Below the pieces are notes generated by a model. The model had not been told where the DNA came from, searched no databases, and worked only from the letters and a program-made list of their open reading frames with translations. From an uncultured delta proteobacterium (GTDB lineage: Bacteria > Myxococcota_A > Polyangia > Polyangiales > JAFGIB01), in NCBI GenBank assembly GCA_963778655.1, contig CAVZVA010000009.1, forward strand, positions 1,498,606-1,562,605: 64,000 nucleotides of DNA. The letters are read 5' to 3'. The translations under genes were made by a program, and so were the position numbers. Of the stretch, positions 8,021-18,508 are shown one piece after another. The stretch's first letter is position 1, and every line of letters begins with the position of its first letter.

Positions 8021-8440
8021 CTACTCCGACTCGGTCTCGCCGGCGTCCGGCGGCGCCTCGCTCTTGCCGCCGCGGCTGCGGGTGTCGTTCTCGCGGGTCG
8101 AGCGCAGCCGAGCCGCCTTGCCCTGCAGCTCGCGCAGGTAGAACAGCCGCGCGCGCCGCACGCGGCCGTGGCTGACCACCTCGAGCTTCTCGATGCGGGG
8201 CGAGTGATACGGGAACAGTCGCTCGACGCCGACGCCACTGCTGCGCTTGCGCACGCAGAAGGTGCGGCCGATACCTCCGCCCGACTTGCGGATCACCGTG
8301 CCTTGAAACACCTGGATGCGTTCCTTATCGCCCTCGGTGATCCGATAGTGGACCCGCACCGTGTCGCCGACCCGGAAGCTCGGCAGCTCGCGCTGGGCGG
8401 CCTTGGCAAGGGCTTCGATTTGCGGAACGAACTGACCCAT
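8021..8440 (-). CDS. rplS: 50S ribosomal protein L19
   Basis: [49 protein letters not shown] at 8440. Confidence 0.97.
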   Translation of the reverse strand: MGQFVPQIEALAKAAQRELPSFRVGDTVRVHYRITEGDKERIQVFQGTVIRKSGGGIGRTFCVRKRSSGVGVERLFPYHSPRIEKLEVVSHGRVRRARLFYLRELQGKAARLRSTRENDTRSRGGKSEAPPDAGETESE

Positions 8441-8498
8441 CGTGCGCTCTCCGGGCTGGTTACAGGGCTGCGTACGCTGCCACGCGTGCCGCGCTCCG

Positions 8499-9080
8499 TC
8501 AACGTTCTCCGCCACTGGGAAGCGCGAGCAGCCGGTCGAGCACGATCGCAGCGGCCGCACGCACCGACAGGTGATTGTAGTCGCCCGGGCCCGCGATCGG
8601 CTCGAGCAGCAGATCGGCCTGCGCCAGCACCGGATCGGCCAGCCCGTGCCCGGTGCCGAAAAGTATCAAAAACGCTTCATCCTCGGTGGCGAGCCGCGCG
8701 CGGAGCGCGGAGAACGAGGTGGACGCCCGGCCGGGCTCGGACCGCGCCGAGGTCGCGACCAAGAGCGGCCGGCGCCCCTCGCGCGCCTCGAGCTCGGCCA
8801 GCACCTGCTGCAGGCTCGCAACCGGCTGACACAGCGCAAGTGCCACCTGCCGCTCGGGGATGCGCCGGCGTCCGGCCCCGGTGCTCCAGTGCTCGATGAT
8901 GCGCTGCACCAGCAGGTGCTGCGCCTCGATCGGCGTGACCACGTAGTAGCGCTCCACGCCGTAGGTGCGCGCGCTGCGCGCGATGTCGTGCACGTCGAGG
9001 TTGGTGACGGCCGTGGTCACGCACTGCCCGTCGCGGTCGCGCACCGGGTAGTGCAGCAGCGCGCAATACACGCGGCTCAC
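8499..9080 (-). CDS. SPOUT-class RNA methyltransferase typically following trmD
   Basis: [52 protein letters not shown]. Confidence 0.88.
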   Translation of the reverse strand: MSRVYCALLHYPVRDRDGQCVTTAVTNLDVHDIARSARTYGVERYYVVTPIEAQHLLVQRIIEHWSTGAGRRRIPERQVALALCQPVASLQQVLAELEAREGRRPLLVATSARSEPGRASTSFSALRARLATEDEAFLILFGTGHGLADPVLAQADLLLEPIAGPGDYNHLSVRAAAAIVLDRLLALPSGGER

Positions 9081-9811
9081 TCGGGCTCCTCGAGCAGCGC
9101 GCGGTCGGCCGCGGCGAGCTGCAGGCGCGCGAACAGGTCAGGCCGCAGCGCGCGCGTGCGCAGCAGCGCTTGCTTGCGCCGCCAGCGCGCGATCGCGGCG
9201 TGGTTGCCCGAGAGCAGCACCGCCGGCACCTCCAGCCCGCGGAAGCTGCGCGGGCGCGTGTACTGCGGGTACTCGAGCAGACCGGAGGCGTGCGACTCCT
9301 CGGCCAGCGAGCCGGCGTTGCCCAGCACGCCGGGCAGCAGGCGCGCCACCGCCTCGATGATCGCCATCGCCGCGACCTCGCCGCCGTTGAGCACGAAGTC
9401 GCCCAGCGAGAGCTGCTCGTCGCACAGCCCGCTCACCCGCTCGTCCACACCCTCGTAGCGGCCGCACACCAGCATCACGCCGGCCAGCGCGCTCAGGCGC
9501 TGCGCGTCGGCCTGTGCAAACGGCTTGCCCTGCGGGCTGAGCAGGATGCGGCGGCAGCGCGCCTCGCCCGCCTGTTCCCGCTCGCGATCGCGCGCGTCCA
9601 TCGCCAGCGCCAGCGGCTCGGGCAGCATGACCATGCCGCTGCCCCCGCCGTAGGGCGCGTCGTCGACGCTGTTGTGCTTGTCGGCGGTGAACGCGCGCGG
9701 CGAGCTGGCCTGCACGCGCAGCACGCCCGCCTGCACCGCCTTGGCCAGTAGCCCGACGCCCGCGAACGCGTCGATCAGCTCGGGGAAGATCGTGATGACA
9801 TCAAAGCGCAT
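9077..9811 (-). CDS. trmD: tRNA (guanine37-N1)-methyltransferase
   Basis: [51 protein letters not shown]. Confidence 0.97.
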   Translation of the reverse strand: MRFDVITIFPELIDAFAGVGLLAKAVQAGVLRVQASSPRAFTADKHNSVDDAPYGGGSGMVMLPEPLALAMDARDREREQAGEARCRRILLSPQGKPFAQADAQRLSALAGVMLVCGRYEGVDERVSGLCDEQLSLGDFVLNGGEVAAMAIIEAVARLLPGVLGNAGSLAEESHASGLLEYPQYTRPRSFRGLEVPAVLLSGNHAAIARWRRKQALLRTRALRPDLFARLQLAAADRALLEEPE

Positions 9812-9813
9812 GG

Positions 9814-10386
9814 TCAGCGGGACGCTCGGCTCGCCGGCAGCAACTCGAGGTCTTCCAGGTGATCCACGATCACGCGCCCCTCGTCGAGCCGAACCTCGAC
9901 CAGATAGGGCTCGCACAGTGGAATCTCGAGCGCGCCACCCTCCACCCGCACCCGCAGCACCTGGGAAGCGGGGTACGCGATCGCCTCCTCCACCGTGCCC
10001 ACCTCCTGCCCGCCGGCGCGCTCGGCGCGCAGGCCGATCAGGTCGACGAGATAGTGCTCGCCGGACGGCAGCGGCGGGAGGCTGGCTCGCGCCACGCACA
10101 GCTCGACCCCGCGCAGGGCCGCGGCCGCATCGCGATCGCGGCAGCCCTCGATCGCGATCAGCCACTGCCCGCGGCCGTGCGGCCGCGCGGCTCGTACGCG
10201 TGCGGGGCTCGCGCCCGCACCCTCGCCGGGCCGCCGCAACACCAGCTGCGGCCGCCCCGAGAGCAGCTCCGAGCTGGGGTTGTAGAGCTTCACCTTTAGC
10301 TCGCCGCGCAGCCCGTGCGCCCCGGTCACCACCGCCAGCGCGACCAGCTTGTCCCCCACGTCCACCCGGGGACGCTCTTCCCCCAT
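9814..10386 (-). CDS. rimM: Ribosome maturation factor RimM
   Basis: [28 protein letters not shown]; position between khpA and trmD. Confidence 0.92.
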   Translation of the reverse strand: MGEERPRVDVGDKLVALAVVTGAHGLRGELKVKLYNPSSELLSGRPQLVLRRPGEGAGASPARVRAARPHGRGQWLIAIEGCRDRDAAAALRGVELCVARASLPPLPSGEHYLVDLIGLRAERAGGQEVGTVEEAIAYPASQVLRVRVEGGALEIPLCEPYLVEVRLDEGRVIVDHLEDLELLPASRASR

Positions 10387-10405
10387 CAGCCTCCCCTTGC
10401 CCGGC

Positions 10406-10645
10406 CTATTCGAGGATCTCGAGCACCGCCCGCTTGCTCTGCTTGGCCGAGGTCGCGGCCAGCAGCGTGCGCATGGCGCGCGCGGTGCGGCCGTCCTTGC
10501 CGATCACTTTGCCCAGGTCTCCCTCGCCCACCGTCAGCTCGAGGATGATGGTCTTCTCCCCCTCGATCGCCCGCACCTGAACCGCGTCCGGGTCGTCGAC
10601 CAGAGCCTTGGCGATGAATGCGATGAGCTCCTTGAGGTCGTCCAT
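10406..10645 (-). CDS. khpA: KH-domain RNA-binding protein KhpA
   Basis: [19 protein letters not shown]...[20 protein letters not shown]...AVLEILE. Confidence 0.93.
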   Translation of the reverse strand: MDDLKELIAFIAKALVDDPDAVQVRAIEGEKTIILELTVGEGDLGKVIGKDGRTARAMRTLLAATSAKQSKRAVLEILE

Positions 10646-10653
10646 CCGCGTGC

Positions 10654-10908
10654 TCAGCCGGCCGTGGCCGGCGCCTTGGCCTGCTCGCGGATGACCTTCT
10701 TGAGCGGCACGCTGATCTGCGCGCCCACGCCGACCCAGTGCTGTAAGCGATCGCGATCGATACGGGCTTCGGCCATCGGCCGCGCCGGATCGTAGGTGCC
10801 GATGTGCTCGATGAAGCGCCCGTCGCGCGCGTTTTCGGAGTCGGTCACGACGATGTGATAGAAGGGGTGCTTTTTCGCGCCGCGGCGCGCAAAACGAATC
10901 GTTACCAT
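10654..10908 (-). CDS. rpsP: 30S ribosomal protein S16
   Basis: [41 protein letters not shown]. Confidence 0.97.
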   Translation of the reverse strand: MVTIRFARRGAKKHPFYHIVVTDSENARDGRFIEHIGTYDPARPMAEARIDRDRLQHWVGVGAQISVPLKKVIREQAKAPATAG

Positions 10909-11059
10909 GGGTTGCGACGTTCCTTCGGAGTCGGCCGGGGCCCGTCCGGGGCCCTCGCGGGTGCAGCAAGCTACCCGCGACGCCTGTGGGCGTCAAGTCG
11001 CGTGCGCGCGCGCACCTGCGCGCTCGCCCGCGCGTGTCGGGCGGTATACCAAGGGCGGC

Positions 11060-12791
11060 ATGATCACCACCTGCCGCACGCGCGCGCTCGGCCTGCTGCT
11101 GGCGATCGCGCTGCCCGCGCTCGCGGCCGGCTGCGGCGACGGGGAGCGCCCGCCCAGCACGCGCACACCCGCACGGCCCTCGCGGCCGAGCTTGCGACTG
11201 GTCGCGATCACCGATTCTCAGCGGCTTTCTCGAGCCCTGTGGCTGTCAGAGCCGGCCGCTCGGCGGCATCGACAAGGCGGCCGCGCAGCTGCGGGCGCTG
11301 CGCGCCGACGGCGTGCCCACGCTGTTCGTGTCCGCCGGCAATCTGCTGTTCGCCTCCGAGTCCACGGGCGAGCCGCGCCTCGATGGCGACGCCGAGGAGG
11401 TGGCACTGCAGCAGCGCTGGCAGGCCGAGACGCTGGCCACGATCCTCGGCCGGCAGTCGCTGCTGGCGGCGGTGCCGGGCCCCGCGGATCTGCGTAACGG
11501 CGCGCCCGCGCTGCTGGCGCTGGCCAAGCGCGGCGGGCTGCACCTGCTCGACGCGGCCCGCGCGCCCGCGCAGCCCGCCGCGGCAAGCACGCCGGGCACG
11601 CAGCCGGCCGCGGCCCCGGCGCAGGGCTTCGGCGACAGCCTGCTGGTGACGTTGGGCGGCGTGCGAGTGGGCGTATGGGGGCTGCGCGACCCGAGCCTGG
11701 ACGCGAGCGGCGCGGCGGCGCCGAGCGATCTGCGCGCGCAGGCCGCGGCGCTCACGAAGCAGCTGCGCGCGCGGGGCGCGCAGCTGGTGGTGGGCCTGAT
11801 CACGGCCGATGCGCGCGCGGCGCGGCGGGTGGCCGGCGCGGTCTCGGGGCTCGACTTTCTGGTCCAGGGCGGCAGCGATCGGGCCGAGGTGCCGCCACCC
11901 GAGCGCATCGGAACGACCACACTGTTGCGCGCGGCGCATCGCGGCCACGGCTTGCTGGTGGTCGACCTCACGCGCGTGGGCGACGGCCCGTTCGCCGACC
12001 AGAGCGCGTGGACGCGGCAGGCGCAGCGGCAGGCGCTGCAGCGCGAAGCGGCCGAGCTTGCGTCGCGGATCGAGGAGTGGCAACGCGATCCGAGCGTGGA
12101 CCGCACGCTGCTCGCGCAGCAGCAGGCGCGGCTGGCGCAGATGCGCGCGCGGCTGGCGGACGGCGAGCCGCCGCAGGCCGTAGCGGGCAATGCGTTCTCG
12201 GCTCGCTTCGTGGAGCTCGGCCCGGGCGAGCGCGAAGATCCCGAGACGCGCAAGCTGCTCGACGCGTACAACAAGCGCATCAACGAGCACAACCGCGAGG
12301 CGCTCGCGCATCTGTTGCCGCGGCCGGCGCCGCCCGGCACAGCGAGCTACATCGGCTCGGAGCGCTGCGGCAGCTGCCACGCCGCGGCGCTGGCTTGGTG
12401 GAAAGGCCAGGCGCACGGACACGCCTACGCCACGCTGGTGGGGCGCGATTCGCAGTACAACCTGAGCTGCGTCGGCTGTCACGTCACCGGCTACAACCAG
12501 CCCGGCGGCTCCACCGTGGTGCACAACCAGGGCCTGACCAACGTGGGCTGCGAGAGCTGTCACGGGCCGGGCAGCCTGCACGCAGCCGATCCACACGACA
12601 AGGGCAGCCACGACGTGCGCAGGCAGGTGCCCGAAGAGGTGTGCCGCCACTGCCACAACCCCGAGCACAGCGATCGCTTCTCGTACGCGGTCTACGAGCC
12701 GCGCCTGCTCGCGCCCGGGCACGGGCTGCCGGCCAAGGGCACGGCGTCGCCCGCGGCTCCGGCGGCCGGTGCCAAGGCGGCCGCGCCATGA
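11060..12791 (+). CDS. Lipoprotein: UshA/5'-nucleotidase-like N-domain with EPCGC motif plus C-terminal tetraheme cytochrome c (c554-like); one apparent +1 frameshift near 11215
   Basis: Lipobox [13 protein letters not shown] in one frame continues as [19 protein letters not shown] in the frame of the 11313..12791 ORF; four CxxCH (CGSCH, CVGCH, CESCH, CRHCH). Confidence 0.8.
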
Positions 12792-13264
12792 GCGGCCGCG
12801 CGATCGCGGGCGCGGCCGTGCTCGCCGCGCTGCTGCTCGCGGCCGCCGGTTGCGGCGGCAGCGCGCCGCTGCGGGCGCAGGGCGCGCGCTTCTCGCGCGA
12901 GCCCGACCCGGTGGCCTCGGATTACGACGGGCGCAAGCCGGTGGTGGTGCTGCAGGGCGAGGCCACGTACTACAGCGACGCGCTCGCGGGCAACCACACC
13001 GCCAGCGGCGATCGCTACGATCCGGCGCGGCTGACCGCGGCCAGCCGCGACCTGCCGTTCGGCAGCATCGTGCGCGTGACCCGCCGCGACACCGGCGCGC
13101 AGGTGGTGGTCCGCATCAACGACCGCGGCCCCTTCGGCAAGCGCCGTCGCATCCTGGACCTCTCGCGCGCGGCAGCCCGACAGCTCGGCATCCTGCACCG
13201 CGGCGTGTGCGAAGTCCGCGCCGAAGTGCTGGTCCTCGGCCCGATGCACAAACGCAAACACTGA
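12788..13264 (+). CDS. rlpA: RlpA-family lytic transglycosylase lipoprotein (DPBB domain)
   Basis: Lipobox AAGC; GEATYY, TASGDRY, LTAASRDLPFG, VRINDRGPF, ILDLSRAAA. Confidence 0.88.
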   Translation: MSGRAIAGAAVLAALLLAAAGCGGSAPLRAQGARFSREPDPVASDYDGRKPVVVLQGEATYYSDALAGNHTASGDRYDPARLTAASRDLPFGSIVRVTRRDTGAQVVVRINDRGPFGKRRRILDLSRAAARQLGILHRGVCEVRAEVLVLGPMHKRKH

Positions 13265-13303
13265 TCCCGCCCACCGGTGAGCGCCTCGAGCCGCAGACGC
13301 AAC

Positions 13304-13426
13304 AGCTCCCGTCCAGAACCGTTCAGGAGCGAGCGCCTCCGGAGCCCCGGACCGGGGCGTACTCTTGTGCGCCGCAGGGCAGGGGCGAGGAGGTGAGCCG
13401 CTCCTGGGCGGTTCTGGACGGGAGCT
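13304..13426. repeat. MITE-like palindromic element family B, copy 1
   Basis: 18-bp perfect terminal inverted repeat AGCTCCCGTCCAGAACCG / CGGTTCTGGACGGGAGCT; interior homologous to the reverse complement of 26471-26590. Confidence 0.78.
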
Positions 13427-14564
13427 ACGCCAGCATGTCGCGGGCGATCAGCATGCGCTGGATCTCGCTGGTGCCTTCGCCGATGCGGGTCATGCGTACG
13501 TCGCGCACGTAGCGCTCGACTGGGAACTCGTTGACGTAGCCGTAGCCGCCGTGGATCTGCAGCGCGCGGTCGCACACCCGGGAGGCTGCCTCCGAGGCGA
13601 ACAGCTTGGCCATGCTGGCCTCGGCCGAGAACGGCTTGCCCTCGTCGGCCAGGGTGGCGGCGCGCCAGACCAGCAGGCGCGCGGCGTCGAGCTCGGTGCG
13701 CGAGTCCGCGAGCATCCACTGGATGGCCTGGAACTCGCTCAGCTCCTTGCCGAACTGGCGGCGCTCGCGCGCGTAGGCCAGCGCCGCTTCCAGTCCGGCT
13801 TCGCCGATGCCCAGCGCCATGGCGGCGATGCTGATGCGTCCCTTGTCGAGGATGCTCATCGCGTCGCTGAAGCCGGCGCCCTCCTTGCCCACGCGCTGCT
13901 CGTCGCTCACGCGCACGTCGCGCAGCGCGATCTCCGCGGTGTCGCTGGCGCGGCAGCCCATCTTGCCGCCGATCTTGCGCGCCTCGAAGCCGGGCGTGCC
14001 GCGCTCGATCGCGAACGCCGTGATGCCGCGGTGGCGCTGCGAGAAGTCGGTGCTTGCGAGCACCACGCACACGCCGCACACCGTGCCCTGGGTGATGAAG
14101 GTCTTGCTGCCGTTGAGCACCCAGCCGCCTTTGTCGCGCACGGCGCGCGTGCGCAGCGCGGCCGCGTCCGAGCCGGAGCCGGGCTCGGTCAGCGCCCAGG
14201 CGCCGAGCCACTCGCCGGTCGCGAGCTTGGGCAGGCAGCGCTGTTTGAGCGCCTCGTTGCCGAAGCGGGCAATGTGCGAGGAGCCGAGGCCATTGTGGGA
14301 GGCCACGGTCAGGCCGAGCGAGCCGTCGGCGCGCGAGATCTCTTCGACCACGATGGCGTAGGCCCGCACGTCGAGCTGCGAGCCGCCGTAGACCTCGGCG
14401 ATGTTGATGCCGAGGAAGCCGAGCTTGCCGAGCTCGGGGATGATCTCGGAGGGGAAGCGCTGCTCGTCGTCCCAGGCCCGGGCGCGCGGCGCGATCTGCT
14501 CGCGCGCGAACGCTCGGGCCGTGTCGCGAATCGCGCGGTGCGCGGAGTCGAGCTCGAAGTTCAT
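13425..14564 (-). CDS. Acyl-CoA dehydrogenase
   Basis: ALTEPGSGSDA, LNGSKTFITQG, RRQFGK, QIHGGYGY, RIGEGTSEIQR; ATG at 14564. Confidence 0.93.
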   Translation of the reverse strand: MNFELDSAHRAIRDTARAFAREQIAPRARAWDDEQRFPSEIIPELGKLGFLGINIAEVYGGSQLDVRAYAIVVEEISRADGSLGLTVASHNGLGSSHIARFGNEALKQRCLPKLATGEWLGAWALTEPGSGSDAAALRTRAVRDKGGWVLNGSKTFITQGTVCGVCVVLASTDFSQRHRGITAFAIERGTPGFEARKIGGKMGCRASDTAEIALRDVRVSDEQRVGKEGAGFSDAMSILDKGRISIAAMALGIGEAGLEAALAYARERRQFGKELSEFQAIQWMLADSRTELDAARLLVWRAATLADEGKPFSAEASMAKLFASEAASRVCDRALQIHGGYGYVNEFPVERYVRDVRMTRIGEGTSEIQRMLIARDMLA

Positions 14565-14692
14565 GTCCGGCAGCGGTGCGTTCAGGTGTTCAGGGCGGTC
14601 ACCTGAACGCGCGACCGCTCGTCTGATACGATGGCGTCCGCGCGCGATGCGGTCAAGCGCGCCGGCCGGCACCGGCGTGCTACCGTTGCTGT

Positions 14693-17600
14693 ATGCCGGA
14701 GCGCCAGGCGAGCCCAGCGGTCTCGCGCGCGAGGCGGTTGCTGCAGGGGGTGCGGGGCACGGCGCTCTCGGACCAGGCGCTCGAGGCGAGCTCGCTCGAG
14801 CTGGCCGCGTTGCTGGCTGAAGAAGCACAGCGGCTGACGCGGCGCGTCGATCGCGCGCGCGCCGAGCTGCTGTCGCGCCTGATGCAGGACGAGCAAGGGC
14901 AGATCTTCACCATCCTGCTCACCGATCGCGTGTACCGCAGCCGCGATCCGGCACGCGTGGTGGACGCCGCGCGCACGCTGATCCGCGGCCTGGGCGTGCC
15001 GCGCTACCTGCCGGGCGCGGCGCGCGCGCAGCTGCGCGCGTTGCTGCGGCTGGGCCCGTTTGTGCCGGGGCTCGGGGCGCGCGGCCTACTCGCGCGCCTG
15101 CAGCGGGAGGCCGAGCCGATGGTGCTGCCGGCCGAGGAGCCGGCGCTGACGCGCTACCTGGCGCTGCGCAGGCGCGAGGGCGCGCGCGTCAACCTCAACC
15201 ACCTGGGCGAGGCGGTGCTGGGCGAGGCCGAGGCCAAGGCGCGCGTCGCGGGCTACGTCGCGCTGCTGTCGCGGCCGGACGTGGAGTCGATCTCGGTCAA
15301 GCTGTCGTCGATCTTCAGCCAGGTGGACCTGCTGGCGTGGGACGCGAGCCTGGATCACCTGGCCGAGCGGCTGCGCACCATCTACCGCGCCGCGCTCGCA
15401 CATAGCTACGCGCCGCCCCAAGGGCCGGAGACGTTCAAGCTGGTGCACCTCGATATGGAAGCCTACCGGGATCTGGCGCTCACGCTGGCGCTGTTCCGGC
15501 GCGTGCTGGACGAGCCCGAGCTGATGCCGCTGTGCGCGGGCATGGTGTTGCAGGCCTACCTGCCCGAGTCGGCGCCGCTGCAGCGCGAGCTGACCGATTG
15601 GGCGCGTGCGCGGGTGCAGCGCGGCGGCGCACCGATCAGGTTGCGCGTGGTCAAGGGCGCCAACCTGCTGACCGAGCGCGCCGAGGCCGCGCTGCGCGGC
15701 TGGGCCGTCCCGCTGCTGCCCGGCAAGCACCAGGTCGACGCCAGCTACAAGCAGATGCTCGAGTACGGCTGCCGGCCCGAGCACGCGGCCGCGGTCCGGC
15801 TCGGAATCGCCAGCCACAACGTGTTCGACCTGGCGTTCGGGATGGTGCTGCGGGCCGCGCACGGAGTCGAGCACGCGGTCGGCTTCGAGCTGCTCGAGGG
15901 CATGGCCGACCCGCTGCGGCGCGCGGTGCACGCCGTGGCCGGCGACGTGCTGCTGTACGCACCGGTGTGCGAGCGGGACTCGATGCAGACCGCGATCGCG
16001 TATCTGATGCGGCGGCTGGACGAGAACACGGCCGAGGAGAACTTCCTGCGCCACAGCTTTGGCATGCGTCCGGGCGACGCCAGCTGGCAGGCGCAACAGC
16101 AGCGCTTCAGCGCTGCGCTGCACGCGCGCCACGCGCTCGACCACACGCCGCGGCGCAGGCAGGACCGTCGCGATCCGCCGCCCGCGGCCGAGGCGCTGCA
16201 GCGGGGCTTCGAGAACGAGCCCGACACCGACTTCAGCCTGGCGCACAACCGCGCCTGGCTGGGCGCGGCGCTGGCGCGCGCGCGCGACGCGGGCCCGTTC
16301 GAGGTGCCGCTGCAGATCGCGGGCGCGGAGCGCCGCGGCGAGCCGTCGATCGACGGCTTCGACCCTTCGCGCCCGGGCGTGGTGCCCTACCGCTGCGCGC
16401 TGGCCACCGCCGAGGAGCTGGAACGCGCCCTGTGCTGTGCGACCGAGGCCGCGCCGCGCTTCGGGGCCATGGCGCTGGCCGAGCGGCGCGCGTTGCTGGC
16501 GGAGGTGGCCCGCTGCTTGCGCGCGCGGCGCGCCGAGCTGATCGCGGCCATGGTGCTCGACGCGGGCAAGCGCGCGGAGCAAGCGGACGCCGAGGTCTCC
16601 GAGGCGATCGACTTCGCGTGCTACTACGGCCGCAGCTTCGAAGCGCTGGCGCGCGCGCACCCCGAGCTGACGCTGCGGTCCAGGGGCGTGGTGCTGGTCA
16701 CGCCGCCCTGGAACTTCCCGCTGGCGATTCCGGCCGGGGGAACGCTGGCCGCGCTGATGGCCGGTAACGCCGTGATCCTCAAGCCGGCGCTGGAGACCGT
16801 GCACGTGGCCGAGCGGCTGGCGCGCGCGTGCTGGGACGCCGGCGTGCCCAAGCGCGCGCTGCAGCTGGTGATCTGCGAGGACGCGCTGGGCAGCACGCTG
16901 GTCTCGGATGCGCGCGTGGACCAGGTGGTGCTCACCGGCGCGACCGCCACCGCGCGCCGCTTCTTCGAGCTGCGGCCCGGGCTTGCGCTCGCGGCCGAGA
17001 CCGGCGGCAAGAACGCGATCATCGTGAGCGCGCTGGCGGACCGCGACGAGGCGATCAAGGACGTGCTGGCCTCCGCGTTCGGGCACGCGGGCCAGAAGTG
17101 CAGCGCCTGCAGCCTGCTGATCTGCGAGGCCGAGGTCTACGACGACGCGCGCTTCATGCAGACCCTGGCCGACGCGGCGGCGAGCCTGCCGGTGGGCTCG
17201 AGCTGGGACCCGTGCAGCGTGGTCACCCCGCTGATCCGCCCGCCCGAAGGGCCGCTGCTGCGCGGGCTGACCGCGCTCGAGCCGGACGAGCGCTGGCTGC
17301 TGCCGCCGCGCGCGCACGCGGACAACCCTCGGCTGTGGAGCCCGGGCATCAAGCTGGGCGTGCGCGAGGGCGGCTTCACCCAAAAGACCGAGCTGTTCGG
17401 GCCGGTGCTGGCGGTGATGCGGGCCGATGACTTGGATCACGCGCTGCGGCTGGCCAACAGCACGCCCTACGGGCTGACCGCGGGACTGCACAGCCTGGAC
17501 GAGCGCGAGCAGCAACGCTGGTGCGCGCGCATGCAGGCCGGCAACCTGTACGTGAACCGCGGCATCACCGGCGCGATCGTGCGGCGCCAGCCTTTCGGCG

Positions 17601-18310
17601 GCTACAAGGCCTCGTCGGTGGGCGCGGGCATCAAAGCCGGCGGGCCGTTCTACGTGGCCCAGCTCGCGCGCGCCGAGCAGCGCGAGCCGCCGCCCGTGCT
17701 GTGCCCGCCCGAGCCGGCTGCCGCCGAGCTGATCGTGGCGGCGCGGCCACACCTGGACGAGCCCACCCGCGAGCGCCTCGGCATCGGCGCTTGCAGCTAC
17801 GCGCACGCGCACAAGAACCACTTCGCGCTCGATCACGATCCGAGCGCGCTGCCGGGCGAGCGCAACGTGCTGCGCTACCTTCCGTGCGATCCGATGCTGC
17901 TGCGCGCCGCGGCCACGGCTTCCGCCGAGAGCGTGCTGCTCGCCTGCGCGGCCGCGCTTACCTCGGGCGCGGGCTTCGAGCTCAGCGTGTGCCCGCGCCT
18001 GGCCTCCGCCCTGCCCTACCTCGCACGCCTGCCCCGCGTGCGCCTGCAGGTCGAGGACGCGGCCGCGTGCGCCGCGCGCTTGCAGCCGAGCCTGCTGCGC
18101 GTGCGTGCCGTGGGCAAGCCCGAGCCCGAGCTGCTGGCTGCGGCCGAAGCCGCGCTCGTCCACGTCTCCCCCGAGCCCGTGCTGCTCACCGGCATGCTCG
18201 AGCTCGCCCGCTACCACCGCGAGCAAAGCGTGAGCCACCGCTACCACCGCTACGGCAACCTGGCCGCGGCGGCGCTGCTGCGCCCACTACGCACCGCCGA
18301 CCCGTCGTAG
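14693..18310 (+). CDS. putA: Bifunctional proline dehydrogenase / P5C dehydrogenase
   Basis: NHLGEAVLG, LDMEAY, RVVKGAN, ASHN, YLMRRLDEN (PRODH); PWNFPLAI, ETGGKN, GQKCSA, ELFGP, QPFGG (ALDH). Confidence 0.92.
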   Translation: MPERQASPAVSRARRLLQGVRGTALSDQALEASSLELAALLAEEAQRLTRRVDRARAELLSRLMQDEQGQIFTILLTDRVYRSRDPARVVDAARTLIRGLGVPRYLPGAARAQLRALLRLGPFVPGLGARGLLARLQREAEPMVLPAEEPALTRYLALRRREGARVNLNHLGEAVLGEAEAKARVAGYVALLSRPDVESISVKLSSIFSQVDLLAWDASLDHLAERLRTIYRAALAHSYAPPQGPETFKLVHLDMEAYRDLALTLALFRRVLDEPELMPLCAGMVLQAYLPESAPLQRELTDWARARVQRGGAPIRLRVVKGANLLTERAEAALRGWAVPLLPGKHQVDASYKQMLEYGCRPEHAAAVRLGIASHNVFDLAFGMVLRAAHGVEHAVGFELLEGMADPLRRAVHAVAGDVLLYAPVCERDSMQTAIAYLMRRLDENTAEENFLRHSFGMRPGDASWQAQQQRFSAALHARHALDHTPRRRQDRRDPPPAAEALQRGFENEPDTDFSLAHNRAWLGAALARARDAGPFEVPLQIAGAERRGEPSIDGFDPSRPGVVPYRCALATAEELERALCCATEAAPRFGAMALAERRALLAEVARCLRARRAELIAAMVLDAGKRAEQADAEVSEAIDFACYYGRSFEALARAHPELTLRSRGVVLVTPPWNFPLAIPAGGTLAALMAGNAVILKPALETVHVAERLARACWDAGVPKRALQLVICEDALGSTLVSDARVDQVVLTGATATARRFFELRPGLALAAETGGKNAIIVSALADRDEAIKDVLASAFGHAGQKCSACSLLICEAEVYDDARFMQTLADAAASLPVGSSWDPCSVVTPLIRPPEGPLLRGLTALEPDERWLLPPRAHADNPRLWSPGIKLGVREGGFTQKTELFGPVLAVMRADDLDHALRLANSTPYGLTAGLHSLDEREQQRWCARMQAGNLYVNRGITGAIVRRQPFGGYKASSVGAGIKAGGPFYVAQLARAEQREPPPVLCPPEPAAAELIVAARPHLDEPTRERLGIGACSYAHAHKNHFALDHDPSALPGERNVLRYLPCDPMLLRAAATASAESVLLACAAALTSGAGFELSVCPRLASALPYLARLPRVRLQVEDAAACAARLQPSLLRVRAVGKPEPELLAAAEAALVHVSPEPVLLTGMLELARYHREQSVSHRYHRYGNLAAAALLRPLRTADPS

Positions 18311-18355
18311 TCAGTCGTGGTCGTCCTCGTGGCCGCACTTGCCCCGGCGATCATG

Positions 18356-18474
18356 CGGGGCAGGGGCAGCGGGCACGGGCGCGGGGCAAGGGGCACGGAC
18401 GGGGGCACGGGCGGCTCACGGAGATCTTCCCCCGAAGGGGCGCAGGGGGCACTGCCTCTTGCCCTCTGCCCCGC
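18356..18474. repeat. GGGGCA/GGGCACG short tandem tract with complementary TGCCCC-type arm between convergent genes
   Basis: Repeated gggca(c)g units followed by tgcctcttgccctctgccccg; can form a long hairpin. Confidence 0.5.
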
Positions 18475-18508
18475 CTCGCCCGCGCACCAGCGCAGCGAAA
18501 CTCCGCCT

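Noticed and set aside
11210..11260. Programmed frameshift or selenocysteine recoding at the EPCGC motif
   Set aside because: Both Cys codons are TGT with no in-frame TGA, and there is no slippery sequence; a single-base miscall at GATC is simpler.
15086..18247. Very long antisense or alternate-frame ORFs (e.g. 1053 aa opposite putA; 4689..6626; 18317..20230; 28470..30272)
   Set aside because: Shadow ORFs expected in high-GC DNA; they overlap well-supported genes and lack recognisable motifs.
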